A stretch of 64,000 nucleotides of DNA from a bacterium (GTDB taxonomy: Bacteria; Zhuqueibacterota; QNDG01; CAYUAG01): assembly GCA_046483025.1 (NCBI GenBank), contig JAWODZ010000126.1, positions 11,981 through 75,980 of the forward strand, in the 5' to 3' direction. Below are positions 10,028 through 18,939 of the stretch, one piece after another. Position 1 is the stretch's first letter; each line of letters begins with the position of its first letter. Position numbers and translations under genes: made by a program. The notes beneath the pieces are model-generated. The model did not search any database and was not told where the DNA came from. It saw nothing but the letters and a program-made list of their open reading frames with translations.

Positions 10028-10918
10028 ATGAAATTCAAAAAATTATCTGTATTCCAGATATATGCTGCAGTTTTAGTACTGACATTTTTATTTCAGGTTT
10101 CTGCATCAGCAGAAGATAAAAACTGTCTCTGGAGAATAAAGACAGACAACAATACAGTTTATTTTTTAGGATCAATTCATATGCTCAAGAAGGAGTGTTA
10201 TCCTCTGGACCCTGCTATTCAGGATGCCTATCATGATGCTCAGATAGTGGTCTTTGAAGTTAATATTGACAGCAGTCAGTCTTTTCAGGCTCAACAGAAA
10301 ATTATGGTAAAAGCAATATCTAAGGATACTACCTCCTTAAAGGATAAATTAAATTCAGATACTTATCAGCGAGCTGCTTGCATACTCAGTGAAGCAGGTG
10401 TAAATATTTCACAATTTAATATGTTTGAACCCTGGTTTTTTTCCATCAGTCTTATGGCTATGAAAATTCAGCAGTTAGGCTTTGATCCGTCGTATGGAAT
10501 TGATTATCATTTTTTCAATAAGGCTAAACAAAACGGCAAACAAATATTGAGTCTGGAAACAATTGACTTTCAAATTGATCTTTTTGATGAGTTAAATAGT
10601 GAAGATCAGGAAGCCATTGTCAAGCAAACTCTGGATGAGATAGATTTGCTGGAAGAAGAATTGGATAAAATGATAAATCTCTGGGTTACAGGAGATGCTG
10701 AGCAGTTGGCAGAAATGGTGATTAAGAATTTTAGGGATTATCCCCGTATATACAACAAATTTCTGATAGAAAGAAATAAAAGGTGGTTAGATTTAATTGA
10801 GTCCTTATTAAAAGATGATAAGAACAGTTTGATTATTACTGGTACAGCTCATTTATTGGGAGATGAAGGTGTACTTTCTTTATTAGAGAGAAAAAAATAT
10901 ATTATTGAACAGCTATAA
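10028..10918 (+). CDS. TraB/GumN family protein, secreted
   Basis: Signal peptide and the family motif VYFLGSIHML near the N-terminus. 296 aa. Confidence 0.65.
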   Translation: MKFKKLSVFQIYAAVLVLTFLFQVSASAEDKNCLWRIKTDNNTVYFLGSIHMLKKECYPLDPAIQDAYHDAQIVVFEVNIDSSQSFQAQQKIMVKAISKDTTSLKDKLNSDTYQRAACILSEAGVNISQFNMFEPWFFSISLMAMKIQQLGFDPSYGIDYHFFNKAKQNGKQILSLETIDFQIDLFDELNSEDQEAIVKQTLDEIDLLEEELDKMINLWVTGDAEQLAEMVIKNFRDYPRIYNKFLIERNKRWLDLIESLLKDDKNSLIITGTAHLLGDEGVLSLLERKKYIIEQL

Positions 10919-10932
10919 CAAAACGGAAAAAT

Positions 10933-11376
10933 ATGTCCAAGAAAAGTCAATTACGCATAAAAAAAATTTTTTATGCTTCCACAGGCACCAAACAGGAGAT
11001 ACCACTCTATTCCTCCCGGGTTTCTGCAGGATTTCCATCTCCGGCTGAAGACTATATCACCAGACAGCTTGATTTAAACGATTTACTTATTAAACGGCCG
11101 GCTGCAACATTTTTTGTAGAAGTTGAAGGAGATTCTATGCTGGATGCAGGAATCCATGATGGAGATATCCTGGTTGTGGACAGAGGAGAAATGCCTGCTA
11201 ATAATAAAATTGTGGTGGCAGCTCTGGACGGAGAGCTAACCGTGAAAAAGATTGCTAAAATTAAAGGCAAACTTTATTTATTACCAGAGAATCCGGATTT
11301 TGATCCTATGGAAATATCCGGTGAGATGGAACTAATGATCTGGGGTATTGTGACCTATGTTATTCATAAAGTATGA
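10933..11376 (+). CDS. umuD: translesion polymerase V accessory subunit UmuD (S24 LexA-like peptidase)
   Basis: 147 aa. Ser-Lys dyad context GDSMLDAGIHDGD ... VVAALDGELTVKKI. Confidence 0.85.
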   Translation: MSKKSQLRIKKIFYASTGTKQEIPLYSSRVSAGFPSPAEDYITRQLDLNDLLIKRPAATFFVEVEGDSMLDAGIHDGDILVVDRGEMPANNKIVVAALDGELTVKKIAKIKGKLYLLPENPDFDPMEISGEMELMIWGIVTYVIHKV

Positions 11377-11529
11377 AGTACTTTTTATCGGAAAACAATA
11401 ATAAGTTTAATCTAAAAAGATATCTCCCACGAAATACACAAAACTCACTAAATAATTTATTTGATCTATATTTCGTGAATTCAGTGTCTTTTGTGGGAAT
11501 TACAGAATGAGCGTAAAAGTAGAACAATC

Positions 11530-12825
11530 ATGAAACAAACATCTCCCATATTTGCCCTGGTCGATTGTAATAATTTTTACGTGTCCTGTGAACGGGTATT
11601 TAATCCCTGTCTGGAGAATCATCCTACAGTGGTGTTATCCAATAATGACGGATGTGTGGTTGCCCGTTCCGAAGAGGTGAAAAAATTAGGAATTGCCATG
11701 GGCATGCCTTTATTTAAGTGCAGAGATGTGATAAAAAAATACGATATTGCAGTGCGTTCTTCAAACTATGCTCTGTACGGAGATATGTCCCGTCGGGTTA
11801 TGCAGACACTGGAGCAGTTTACTGACAGAATAGAAATATATTCCATAGACGAGGCATTTCTTCGTCTGGATAATTTACCCATTACTGATTATCACAAATA
11901 TGCAGAAAAGGTCAAACGTACCGTGTTTAAGTGGACAGGCGTCCCTGTTTCCATTGGTATTGCTGAGACCAAGACTCTTGCTAAGATTGCCAACAGAGTG
12001 GCCAAGAAGGAAAAAGCTCAAAGAGGAGTTATGAATATAGTTCGGCATCCTGATATAGATAGAATTCTGGAGTCAATTGAGATTGGAAAAGTATGGGGAG
12101 TAGGACGTCAATATGCCAGGATGCTGAGGAGAAATGGTATTAACAATGCAAAACAGTTTAAATATGCGGACAGGAAATGGATTAAAGGGAATATGACAGT
12201 TGTAGGGGAGAGACTTTTGCTGGAACTGGGAGGTGAGCCGGTCATTACCCTGGAACAAGCTCCTCCGCCTAAAAAAGCCATCTGCACTTCAAAATCTTTT
12301 GGAAGGCCGGTTGAGCAAAAGAGCGAAATGCATGCTGCGGTTACCGAGTATGCTGCCCGTTCTGCTGAAAAAGCAAGAAAGCAGGGTTCAGCAGCTTCCA
12401 TGGTGATGGTCTTTATGACTACAAATCCGTTTAAAAAGGAACCGCAGTATGCAAACTATAAACAGATGCGTCTTCCTGGTCCCAGTAATAATACCATGGA
12501 AATAGTAAAGGTTGCTTCCAGTCTGGGGGATCAGATATTCCGAGAAGGATATAAATACAAAAAATGCGGAGTTTTATTAACTCAGTTAATATCCTCTCAT
12601 ACTATACAGAAGAATTTGTTTACCGATGAACAGTTAACTGACAAAAGAAATAAATTGATGCAGGTGATTGACAGTATAAACAGTGTCTGGGGCAAGGATA
12701 AAATCAGAGTAGCATCAGCTGGTTTTACCAATCCCTGGGCCATGAGAAGGGAAATGAAGTCTCCTGAGTATACAACCTGCTGGGCAGAAATACCTGTTGT
12801 ACATTGTCAGGATAATAAAACATAA
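11530..12825 (+). CDS. umuC: Y-family DNA polymerase UmuC (Pol V catalytic subunit)
   Basis: [29 protein letters not shown]-terminus with SIDEAFLD motif. Start set at the internal Met ([17 protein letters not shown]). A 153-bp spacer separates it from umuD. Confidence 0.85.
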   Translation: MKQTSPIFALVDCNNFYVSCERVFNPCLENHPTVVLSNNDGCVVARSEEVKKLGIAMGMPLFKCRDVIKKYDIAVRSSNYALYGDMSRRVMQTLEQFTDRIEIYSIDEAFLRLDNLPITDYHKYAEKVKRTVFKWTGVPVSIGIAETKTLAKIANRVAKKEKAQRGVMNIVRHPDIDRILESIEIGKVWGVGRQYARMLRRNGINNAKQFKYADRKWIKGNMTVVGERLLLELGGEPVITLEQAPPPKKAICTSKSFGRPVEQKSEMHAAVTEYAARSAEKARKQGSAASMVMVFMTTNPFKKEPQYANYKQMRLPGPSNNTMEIVKVASSLGDQIFREGYKYKKCGVLLTQLISSHTIQKNLFTDEQLTDKRNKLMQVIDSINSVWGKDKIRVASAGFTNPWAMRREMKSPEYTTCWAEIPVVHCQDNKT

Positions 12826-12959
12826 GAACTTGATAAATTATTAAGTATATATCTTCTATTAAATTAGGAAAGGATTCAATATTTGTTAAAGTTGAATATT
12901 TAGATAATTTTTGATAAATTGGAAAACGTAAAAATATTAAATTAATATCGGGTGTCTAA

Positions 12960-14267
12960 ATGAAAACAAGACATACTTGCATTATTGGTGATTCAAGAAA
13001 AATGGATGATATTAAAGATTCTTCCGTCCATTTAGTTGTAACTTCACCTCCTTATTGGCAATTGAAAGATTATGGTTCTGATGAACAAATAGGTTATTTT
13101 GATTCATATGAGGATTACATAAATAATCTTAATTTAGTATGGTTGGAGTGTTTTCGTGTTTTACACCCAGGTTGTAGATTATTGGTAAATATTGGAGATC
13201 AATTTGCTCGGGCTGTATATTATGGACGTTATAAAATAATACCAATAAGAACTGAAATTATTAAATTTTGTGAAACTATTGGTTTCGATTATATGGGTGC
13301 AATAATTTGGCAGAAAAAGACTACGATGAATACAACTGGTGGCGCAACGGTAATGGGTTCTTATCCATATCCTAGAAATGGCATTATCGAAATTGATTAT
13401 GAATTTATTTTAATTTTTAAAAAATCTGGTAAAGCTCCAAAAGTAAGTAAAAAAATAAAGGAGAAATCAAAAATAACTAAGGAAAAATGGAGAAAATATT
13501 TTTTAGGACATTGGTATTTTAATGGTGTTCGACAAAATAATCATATTGCTATGTTTCCCTTAGAATTACCTAAAAGAGCTATTGAAATGTTTACTTTTGT
13601 AGGTGATACAGTTTTAGACCCTTTTTTAGGGAGTGGAACTACATCCTTAGCAGCAATAAAGACAAATCGGAATTCTATTGGATATGAACTTAATGAGGAG
13701 TTTCTTCCTATTATTAAAGAAAAACTTAATGTAAATGAAAAGACTTTTTTTGATGATCATGATTTTGTTTTAAAACATCAAGATTATTTAAATATCAATT
13801 GGAAAAAAGAAATTCAGAAATTAAAATATATTTTTAATGATCCAATTAAGTTTAATAAAAAAATCGACCCAAATAAAATGAAATTTGGATCCAAAATTAA
13901 TATTTCTGATGGTATTAGCGGTGCAAAACGTGAAGAATATTTTTATGTAAAAAAAATTATCAAACCAAATTTGATAAAACTTTCAAATAATTTAATAATC
14001 AAATTAATTGGGGTTAAACCGTTTGAAAAGAAACAAAAAGATGCAATAAAATTTCTTGAGAATAAAATATTAAAACGACCGATTTTTTTAAAGTATGATA
14101 AAATGAAATATGATAAAGAAAATAATTTAATGGCATATGTATATATGAAAAATCGGACTTTCATTAATGCCCATTTAATAAAGAATCAATTATGTGGATT
14201 AGATGATAAATATGATTTTAAATATAAACAAAAATTTGAAACATTTATTAAAGGGGAATATAGATGA
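12960..14267 (+). CDS. beta-class N4/N6 DNA methyltransferase (SPPY then FxGxG order) with a C-terminal SNase-like extension
   Basis: Motif IV VVTSPPYW precedes motif I DPFLGSGTT. Residues about 300-435 are extra and resemble the staphylococcal nuclease fold: IKLIGVKPFE versus FRLLLVDTPE, and NLMAYVYMKNRTFINAHLIKNQLC versus [22 protein letters not shown]. Catalytic Arg/Asp positions are substituted. Lies in an AT-rich (about 27% GC) patch. Confidence 0.8.
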   Translation: MKTRHTCIIGDSRKMDDIKDSSVHLVVTSPPYWQLKDYGSDEQIGYFDSYEDYINNLNLVWLECFRVLHPGCRLLVNIGDQFARAVYYGRYKIIPIRTEIIKFCETIGFDYMGAIIWQKKTTMNTTGGATVMGSYPYPRNGIIEIDYEFILIFKKSGKAPKVSKKIKEKSKITKEKWRKYFLGHWYFNGVRQNNHIAMFPLELPKRAIEMFTFVGDTVLDPFLGSGTTSLAAIKTNRNSIGYELNEEFLPIIKEKLNVNEKTFFDDHDFVLKHQDYLNINWKKEIQKLKYIFNDPIKFNKKIDPNKMKFGSKINISDGISGAKREEYFYVKKIIKPNLIKLSNNLIIKLIGVKPFEKKQKDAIKFLENKILKRPIFLKYDKMKYDKENNLMAYVYMKNRTFINAHLIKNQLCGLDDKYDFKYKQKFETFIKGEYR

Positions 14268-14854
14268 AAACACGTGTTAAAATTAAAAATTCTGAAATTA
14301 AAGAATTACTAGGTACTAAACCAATTGAATTCCCAAAATATTCAACACAAATTATTAATTTAGCAAATCAGAATGCTCAAGGTACTAGACCTCCTGTTGT
14401 TGGTCAAATGAGTGAATTAATTCAAGAATTTACAGGGAAATCTATTTCAGAATGGGAGAAATGGTATTTAGCTAGGCATCCAGATGCTATTGATAAAGCT
14501 ACTGAAAAGATATCTGAAATGGTTGAGAAATTTTGAAATGTAATAAATGAAATTGATCGTAATATGATTGAAGATTGGGTAAAAGATTTAGTAATTATAA
14601 AAACTTTTATAGGATTAAAATTTCAAGAAGCAATTTTAAAGAAAACAGCGAATTTATTAAATACTTCATACCGTTTATCTGACTCTTTAGACGAATCTAA
14701 GGGGATCGATGGATATATAAATGATATTCCAATAAGTATCAAACCTGAAACATATAAAACTAAGAAGAGTCTCCAGGAAAAAATTGAAGTAAAATTTATA
14801 TATTATAAGAAAGTAAAAGATGGAATAAATATTGATTTAGAGGAAATAGTATAA
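14264..14854 (+). pseudogene. MTase-coupled partner ORF (candidate cognate restriction endonuclease) interrupted by a single in-frame TGA at 14534-14536
   Basis: Track ORFs 14264-14536 and 14564-14854 are in the same frame, separated only by one TGA and 9 sense codons. The ATGA overlap with the MTase stop implies translational coupling. A D...SIK segment (GIDGYINDIPISIK) is a possible PD-(D/E)xK-like motif. TGA is a genuine stop elsewhere in the window. Confidence 0.5.
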
Positions 14855-14926
14855 ATAAATAGATAATTTAATTATTAATAATCTGATTTTTTTATAATTA
14901 TAATTAAGACAAACAAAGGAGAAATT

Positions 14927-15961
14927 ATGTTAAAGAAAGTTGTAGTTATCTTATTAATTTCTGTGGTGTTTTGTTACTGCAGCGGTTCTTATTCCCCTCC
15001 TTTTAAAAAGGAAGGGCAAATCCATTCATTTTTTAAAAAAATGTCCGATTCTCTTGATATTAAGGTTCTGGATCCTGATAATTCGGTAAAGTTGATCACT
15101 ACGAATTCTTTTTCTATATATAATGGTGATATTATGCCTGATTTGTATCAGCAGTTTAGTAATTTTTTAAATAGTCTGAGTTCATTAAAACAAAGAAAAG
15201 ACTATATAATAAATATTATTAAAGCTTTTGCTGAACAAAAAGCAGAAAACAGAATTTTATTACAGAAGGCAAAAGAAAAAGATGTTACAGTTTCTGAGGA
15301 CAGTGTTATTGCCCGTAAAGAAGCCCTTTATAAAGACTATGGAGATAAAGAAACATATCTTGCTTTAATCGATTCATTAGGGTTGTCTGAAGAATATGTA
15401 ATGAAGAATATTAGGGAAGGATTAAGGATGCAGGCCTTCATTGATCAATATATATTGACAGAAGGATTAGTATTGGATCAGGAATTAAGGCAATATTATT
15501 CCAGAGATAAAGCTGCTACAGTACGCCATATTTTATTTTTAACTCAGGAGAAATCAGAATCTGAAAGAATGGAAATCATAGAAAAGGCTCAGCGTGTTCT
15601 TGGAATGGCACGATCCGGATATGATTTTGCCGAACTTGTGGAAAAATATTCAGAGGATCCGGGGTCTAATACTAAAGGTGGATTATATGAGAATATTGAA
15701 CGAGGTGATATGGTCAGACCTTTTGAACAGGCTGCATTTAATTTACCTGTGGGTGAAGTCAGTGATATAGTAGAGACCAGATACGGCTATCATATAATCA
15801 AGGTGCTGGAAAGAAGTAAAGAGGAGCGTCCTCTTGAAGAAGTGAAAGATGAATTGATCGAAGAGATTCTTCAGCAGAAACAGGGGAATGTTCTTTTTAT
15901 AACCTTAAATTATTTAAAGAATGAATGTGGATATCAGGAACATTTTGATTTATTAGAATAA
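14927..15961 (+). CDS. parvulin-type peptidyl-prolyl cis-trans isomerase lipoprotein (SurA/PrsA-like)
   Basis: Lipoprotein signal with Cys (VVFCYCSGS). PpiC domain HILF...GGLYENIERGDMVRPFEQAAFNLPVGEVSDIVETRYGYHIIKV. Confidence 0.8.
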   Translation: MLKKVVVILLISVVFCYCSGSYSPPFKKEGQIHSFFKKMSDSLDIKVLDPDNSVKLITTNSFSIYNGDIMPDLYQQFSNFLNSLSSLKQRKDYIINIIKAFAEQKAENRILLQKAKEKDVTVSEDSVIARKEALYKDYGDKETYLALIDSLGLSEEYVMKNIREGLRMQAFIDQYILTEGLVLDQELRQYYSRDKAATVRHILFLTQEKSESERMEIIEKAQRVLGMARSGYDFAELVEKYSEDPGSNTKGGLYENIERGDMVRPFEQAAFNLPVGEVSDIVETRYGYHIIKVLERSKEERPLEEVKDELIEEILQQKQGNVLFITLNYLKNECGYQEHFDLLE

Positions 15962-16028
15962 TGATGTTAATTTTGCTGTGAATTATATTCGTACTTGTAG
16001 ACCATTGATGTTCTAGAAAGGAGTTTGC

Positions 16029-16604
16029 ATGATAAACAGTAATGATATTGAAAATATTTTTAAAGAACAGCTTGCAAAAATAGATGATGATACCTTGAAA
16101 GGAAATGTTATAAAAACCTGGATCAAAGCATGCACCCAAGGGAACTGGAACAGCATAGAAGAGTTAAAAAATATACCGTTTACACTTTTGGTTGAAACCG
16201 CGGGAATTAATTTTATTGAACATACAATAGCTGTTACAGAAGGAGCTGCATGTTTAGCCAGGTCACATATGGATTATTATAACACATTACCTTATCAAAT
16301 AGATTTTGACAGAATATATGTCGGAGGTCTCTTACATGATGTAGGGAAATTGGTTGAGATTGAGCCTGATGAAAAGGGCGGGTATCAAAAAAGTCTGTCC
16401 GGGAAATATGCCAGACACCCCATCAGCGGAGCTATCCTTGCGGCTGAATGTGGAATACCAGAGTCTATTGTTAATATTATTGCCTGTCACTCCAAAGAAG
16501 GCGATGGCAGACCTCAGGTCATTGAAACGATCTTTATACATCAGGCAGATTTTGCCTGTTTTAATCCATTGGTAATGAAAGCGAATGGACTGCTCATAGA
16601 GTAA
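16029..16604 (+). CDS. HD/HDIG domain phosphohydrolase
   Basis: H..H and GGLLHDVGK motifs. 191 aa. Confidence 0.7.
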   Translation: MINSNDIENIFKEQLAKIDDDTLKGNVIKTWIKACTQGNWNSIEELKNIPFTLLVETAGINFIEHTIAVTEGAACLARSHMDYYNTLPYQIDFDRIYVGGLLHDVGKLVEIEPDEKGGYQKSLSGKYARHPISGAILAAECGIPESIVNIIACHSKEGDGRPQVIETIFIHQADFACFNPLVMKANGLLIE

Positions 16605-16695
16605 ATGTGGAAGAGGGACAAAGGAAAGAGATGAAGGAGAATGGAGGAAGGAGAAGTGAATATGGAGAATGGAAAATGGCGAAAATCCTCCTGTT

Positions 16696-16719
16696 TCCAT
16701 TTTCCCGTTTCCGTTTTCC
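16696..16719. repeat. dispersed repeat family B (TCCATTTTCCCGTTTCCGTTTTCC), copy 1
   Basis: Near-identical 24-mer at 58877-58899. Here it is the pyrimidine arm of a long purine/pyrimidine hairpin spanning 16607-16722. Confidence 0.55.
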
Positions 16720-16792
16720 TCGAATAAAACTCTAACATTAAGAAAATTGGATTAGTTACAATTTTCAAAAAATTGAGTAAAGGAGACGGCAC

Positions 16793-18598
16793 ATGGGACA
16801 GACAATGATAGAGAAGATTTTTACCAATCACAGCAGTAAAAAGATTACTGCCGGGGATATTGCAGAAATCAGCATAGATGCCCGTATTGCCAGGGATTTT
16901 GGCGGGGCAAATGTAGTAAAGAATATTCAGTCCCATAATCTTGCAATTGATGATCCTCAAAAAACCTTTTTTACCTTCGACTGTAATCCGGGAGGATCTG
17001 ATCAGCAATATGCAGAGAATCAGCACATCTGCCGTCAGTTTTCCCGGGAACGGGGAATCAAGGTGTATGATATCCAGTCAGGGATCGGTACTCATATTGC
17101 CATTGATGAGGGTCTGGTCCGACCAGGGGGCACGTTGGTATCCACAGATTCTCATGCCAATATTTTAGGATCAATCGGTGCATTTGGACAGGGTATGGGA
17201 GATCGGGACATTGCAGCGGTCTGGTCGGAAGGGAAAATTTGGTTTAAAACTCCGGAAACGGTAAAATTACTTTTTCATGGTACTCCACCAGATGAAATTT
17301 GTGCCAAGGATATAGTGCTGTTTTTATTGAAAAATCTGGGAGCTGCAGGATTATTAGGAAAAGCTGCGGAGTTGGAAGGTGACTATATCCAAACGCTCAG
17401 TCTAAATTCCCGCATAACCATTTCATCCATGGCTACTGAAATGGGTGGTATCATCGCTCTTTTTGCCCCCAATAAGGATGTCCTAGACCATTTTAAGGAA
17501 GCTACTGGAGAGGAGATAGAGCCAGTATACGCAGACAAGGATGCTCGATATGTTGCGGTGAAGGAATGTGATTTAAGTAAGATGGAACCTCTGACTTCCC
17601 TGCCCGGCCATCCGGAGGATGTGGTCAAGGTTACCGACCTGAAAGAAGTCAAAATTGATTCAGCCTTCATCGGATCCTGTACTAATGGACGATTATCAGA
17701 TATGCAAGCAGCTGCTAATATATTAAAGAACCGTAAGGTAGCTCCCGGAGTGGTGTTAAAGATTGTTCCATCTACCCGAAAAATATGGGAGCAGTGTCTG
17801 GAACAGGGAATCATTGATATTTTCATGAAAGCAGGAGCCTTGGTGGGTAATGCCGGTTGTGCCGGCTGTGCCAAGGGACAGATCGGGCAGAACGGTCCGG
17901 GTGAGATCACCATAAGTACCGGGAACAGGAATTTTGCCGGAAAGCAAGGTAAAGGGGAGGTGTATCTGGCCTCCCCGGAAACAGTTGCTGCTTCTGCAGT
18001 CAGCGGAATCATTACCAGTAAAAATAATATTCTGTCAAGTCCGAAAAGATACAAAACGGCAGATTATACAAAATCTGAAAAGAAAGTATCTTCACCAAAA
18101 ACCGAGAAGAAACCGGTAGAAATCCAGGGGCGGGTTTGGGTAGTTGACCAGGATAACATTGATACGGATATGATTTTTCACAATCGTTATCTTACCATAA
18201 CCGATGTTGACGAAATGGGGCAGTATACTTTTGATAATCTCAAAGGCTGGGAGGATTTTTCCGATAAAGCTGAAAAAGGTGACATCATTGCGACCGGATC
18301 CAATTTCGGAGCCGGTTCTTCCCGACAGCAGGCTGTGGATTGTTTTAAAAGCCTGGGAATACAGGCCATAATTGCAAAATCATTCGGAGCAATTTATGAG
18401 AGAAACGGCGTCAATTCCGGTTTTCCATTGATCAGTGGTGATTTGATTTCGTCGGGTATAGAAAGTGGTGAAGAAATAAAAGTGAATTTCAAGACCGGTG
18501 AAATTACCCGGTTAAAAACGGGTGAGACCATTCAGGCACAGCCCTTTTCTGACGTGCAGATGGACATTTATCAGAAGGGGGATCTGTTGAGGAAGTAA
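16793..18598 (+). CDS. aconitase-family dehydratase: fused large (LeuC-like) plus small (LeuD-like) subunits, 3-isopropylmalate/homoaconitate dehydratase type
   Basis: 601 aa. Residues 1-420 are LeuC/HACN-like with the Fe-S ligands ...GSCTNGR... and ..NAGCAGCAKG... Residues about 440-600 are LeuD-like (GSNFGAGSSRQQA). The unfused paralog pair lies at 19927-21677. Confidence 0.8.
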   Translation: MGQTMIEKIFTNHSSKKITAGDIAEISIDARIARDFGGANVVKNIQSHNLAIDDPQKTFFTFDCNPGGSDQQYAENQHICRQFSRERGIKVYDIQSGIGTHIAIDEGLVRPGGTLVSTDSHANILGSIGAFGQGMGDRDIAAVWSEGKIWFKTPETVKLLFHGTPPDEICAKDIVLFLLKNLGAAGLLGKAAELEGDYIQTLSLNSRITISSMATEMGGIIALFAPNKDVLDHFKEATGEEIEPVYADKDARYVAVKECDLSKMEPLTSLPGHPEDVVKVTDLKEVKIDSAFIGSCTNGRLSDMQAAANILKNRKVAPGVVLKIVPSTRKIWEQCLEQGIIDIFMKAGALVGNAGCAGCAKGQIGQNGPGEITISTGNRNFAGKQGKGEVYLASPETVAASAVSGIITSKNNILSSPKRYKTADYTKSEKKVSSPKTEKKPVEIQGRVWVVDQDNIDTDMIFHNRYLTITDVDEMGQYTFDNLKGWEDFSDKAEKGDIIATGSNFGAGSSRQQAVDCFKSLGIQAIIAKSFGAIYERNGVNSGFPLISGDLISSGIESGEEIKVNFKTGEITRLKTGETIQAQPFSDVQMDIYQKGDLLRK

Positions 18599-18798
18599 GG
18601 GGGTGTACTTATAGCCACGGATTTACACGGATAGACATGGATTTAGGTTAGTTAATAATTCTTGAAAAAAAATACCCATGGCAAAATTACCCATTTCCCT
18701 CCCTTGAAGGGAGGGAATAAAGGGAGGGTGAGATCGGAGCAGTCACTCTCCCCGAAAGAGTAGTTACCCTTCTTTCAGAAGGTTAGCTTCTGAATTGT
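18599..18798. repeat. about 200-bp dispersed intergenic repeat (family A), copy 1
   Basis: About 90% identical to 19645-19841. It contains three tandem CACGGATnnn units and a perfect hairpin CCCTCCC-ttgaa-GGGAGGG at 18697-18715. Confidence 0.75.
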
Positions 18799-18804
18799 GC
18801 ACCA

Positions 18805-18842
18805 GGTGGACTCCATCTCAGAGATGGAGTCCACCTTTGTGG
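18805..18842 (+). terminator. candidate intrinsic terminator (13-bp stem GGTGGACTCCATC / GATGGAGTCCACC, 5-nt loop, followed by TTTGTGG)
   Basis: Perfect inverted repeat unique to copy 1 of repeat A, downstream of the fused leuCD gene. The T-tract is weak. Confidence 0.45.
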
Positions 18843-18939
18843 TATATTTAGAAATCTGCTTGATTTATTTGAATTATTTCTATATATTAAAGTTGAACTT
18901 GAAGTTTAACTCTAATATGAAAATGAAAAGGAGCATACA

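Noticed and set aside
10890-10933. LexA/Cheo-type SOS box upstream of umuD (GAACAGCTATAAC)
   Set aside because: It does not match GAAC-N4-GTTC or CTGT-N8-ACAG, and only 14 bp separate umuD from the preceding gene. No confident SOS operator could be assigned.
14534-14536. Alternative genetic code (TGA as a sense codon, code 4/25) or selenocysteine to explain the in-frame TGA
   Set aside because: TGA terminates clearly delimited genes in this window (hemW, aldH and others). There is a single occurrence, and no SECIS-like hairpin was recognisable immediately downstream, so this was not pursued.
17383-18054. 223-aa minus-strand ORF (with 17756-17947 and others)
   Set aside because: It is antisense to the fused leuCD gene, whose Fe-S ligand motifs leave no doubt about the coding strand.
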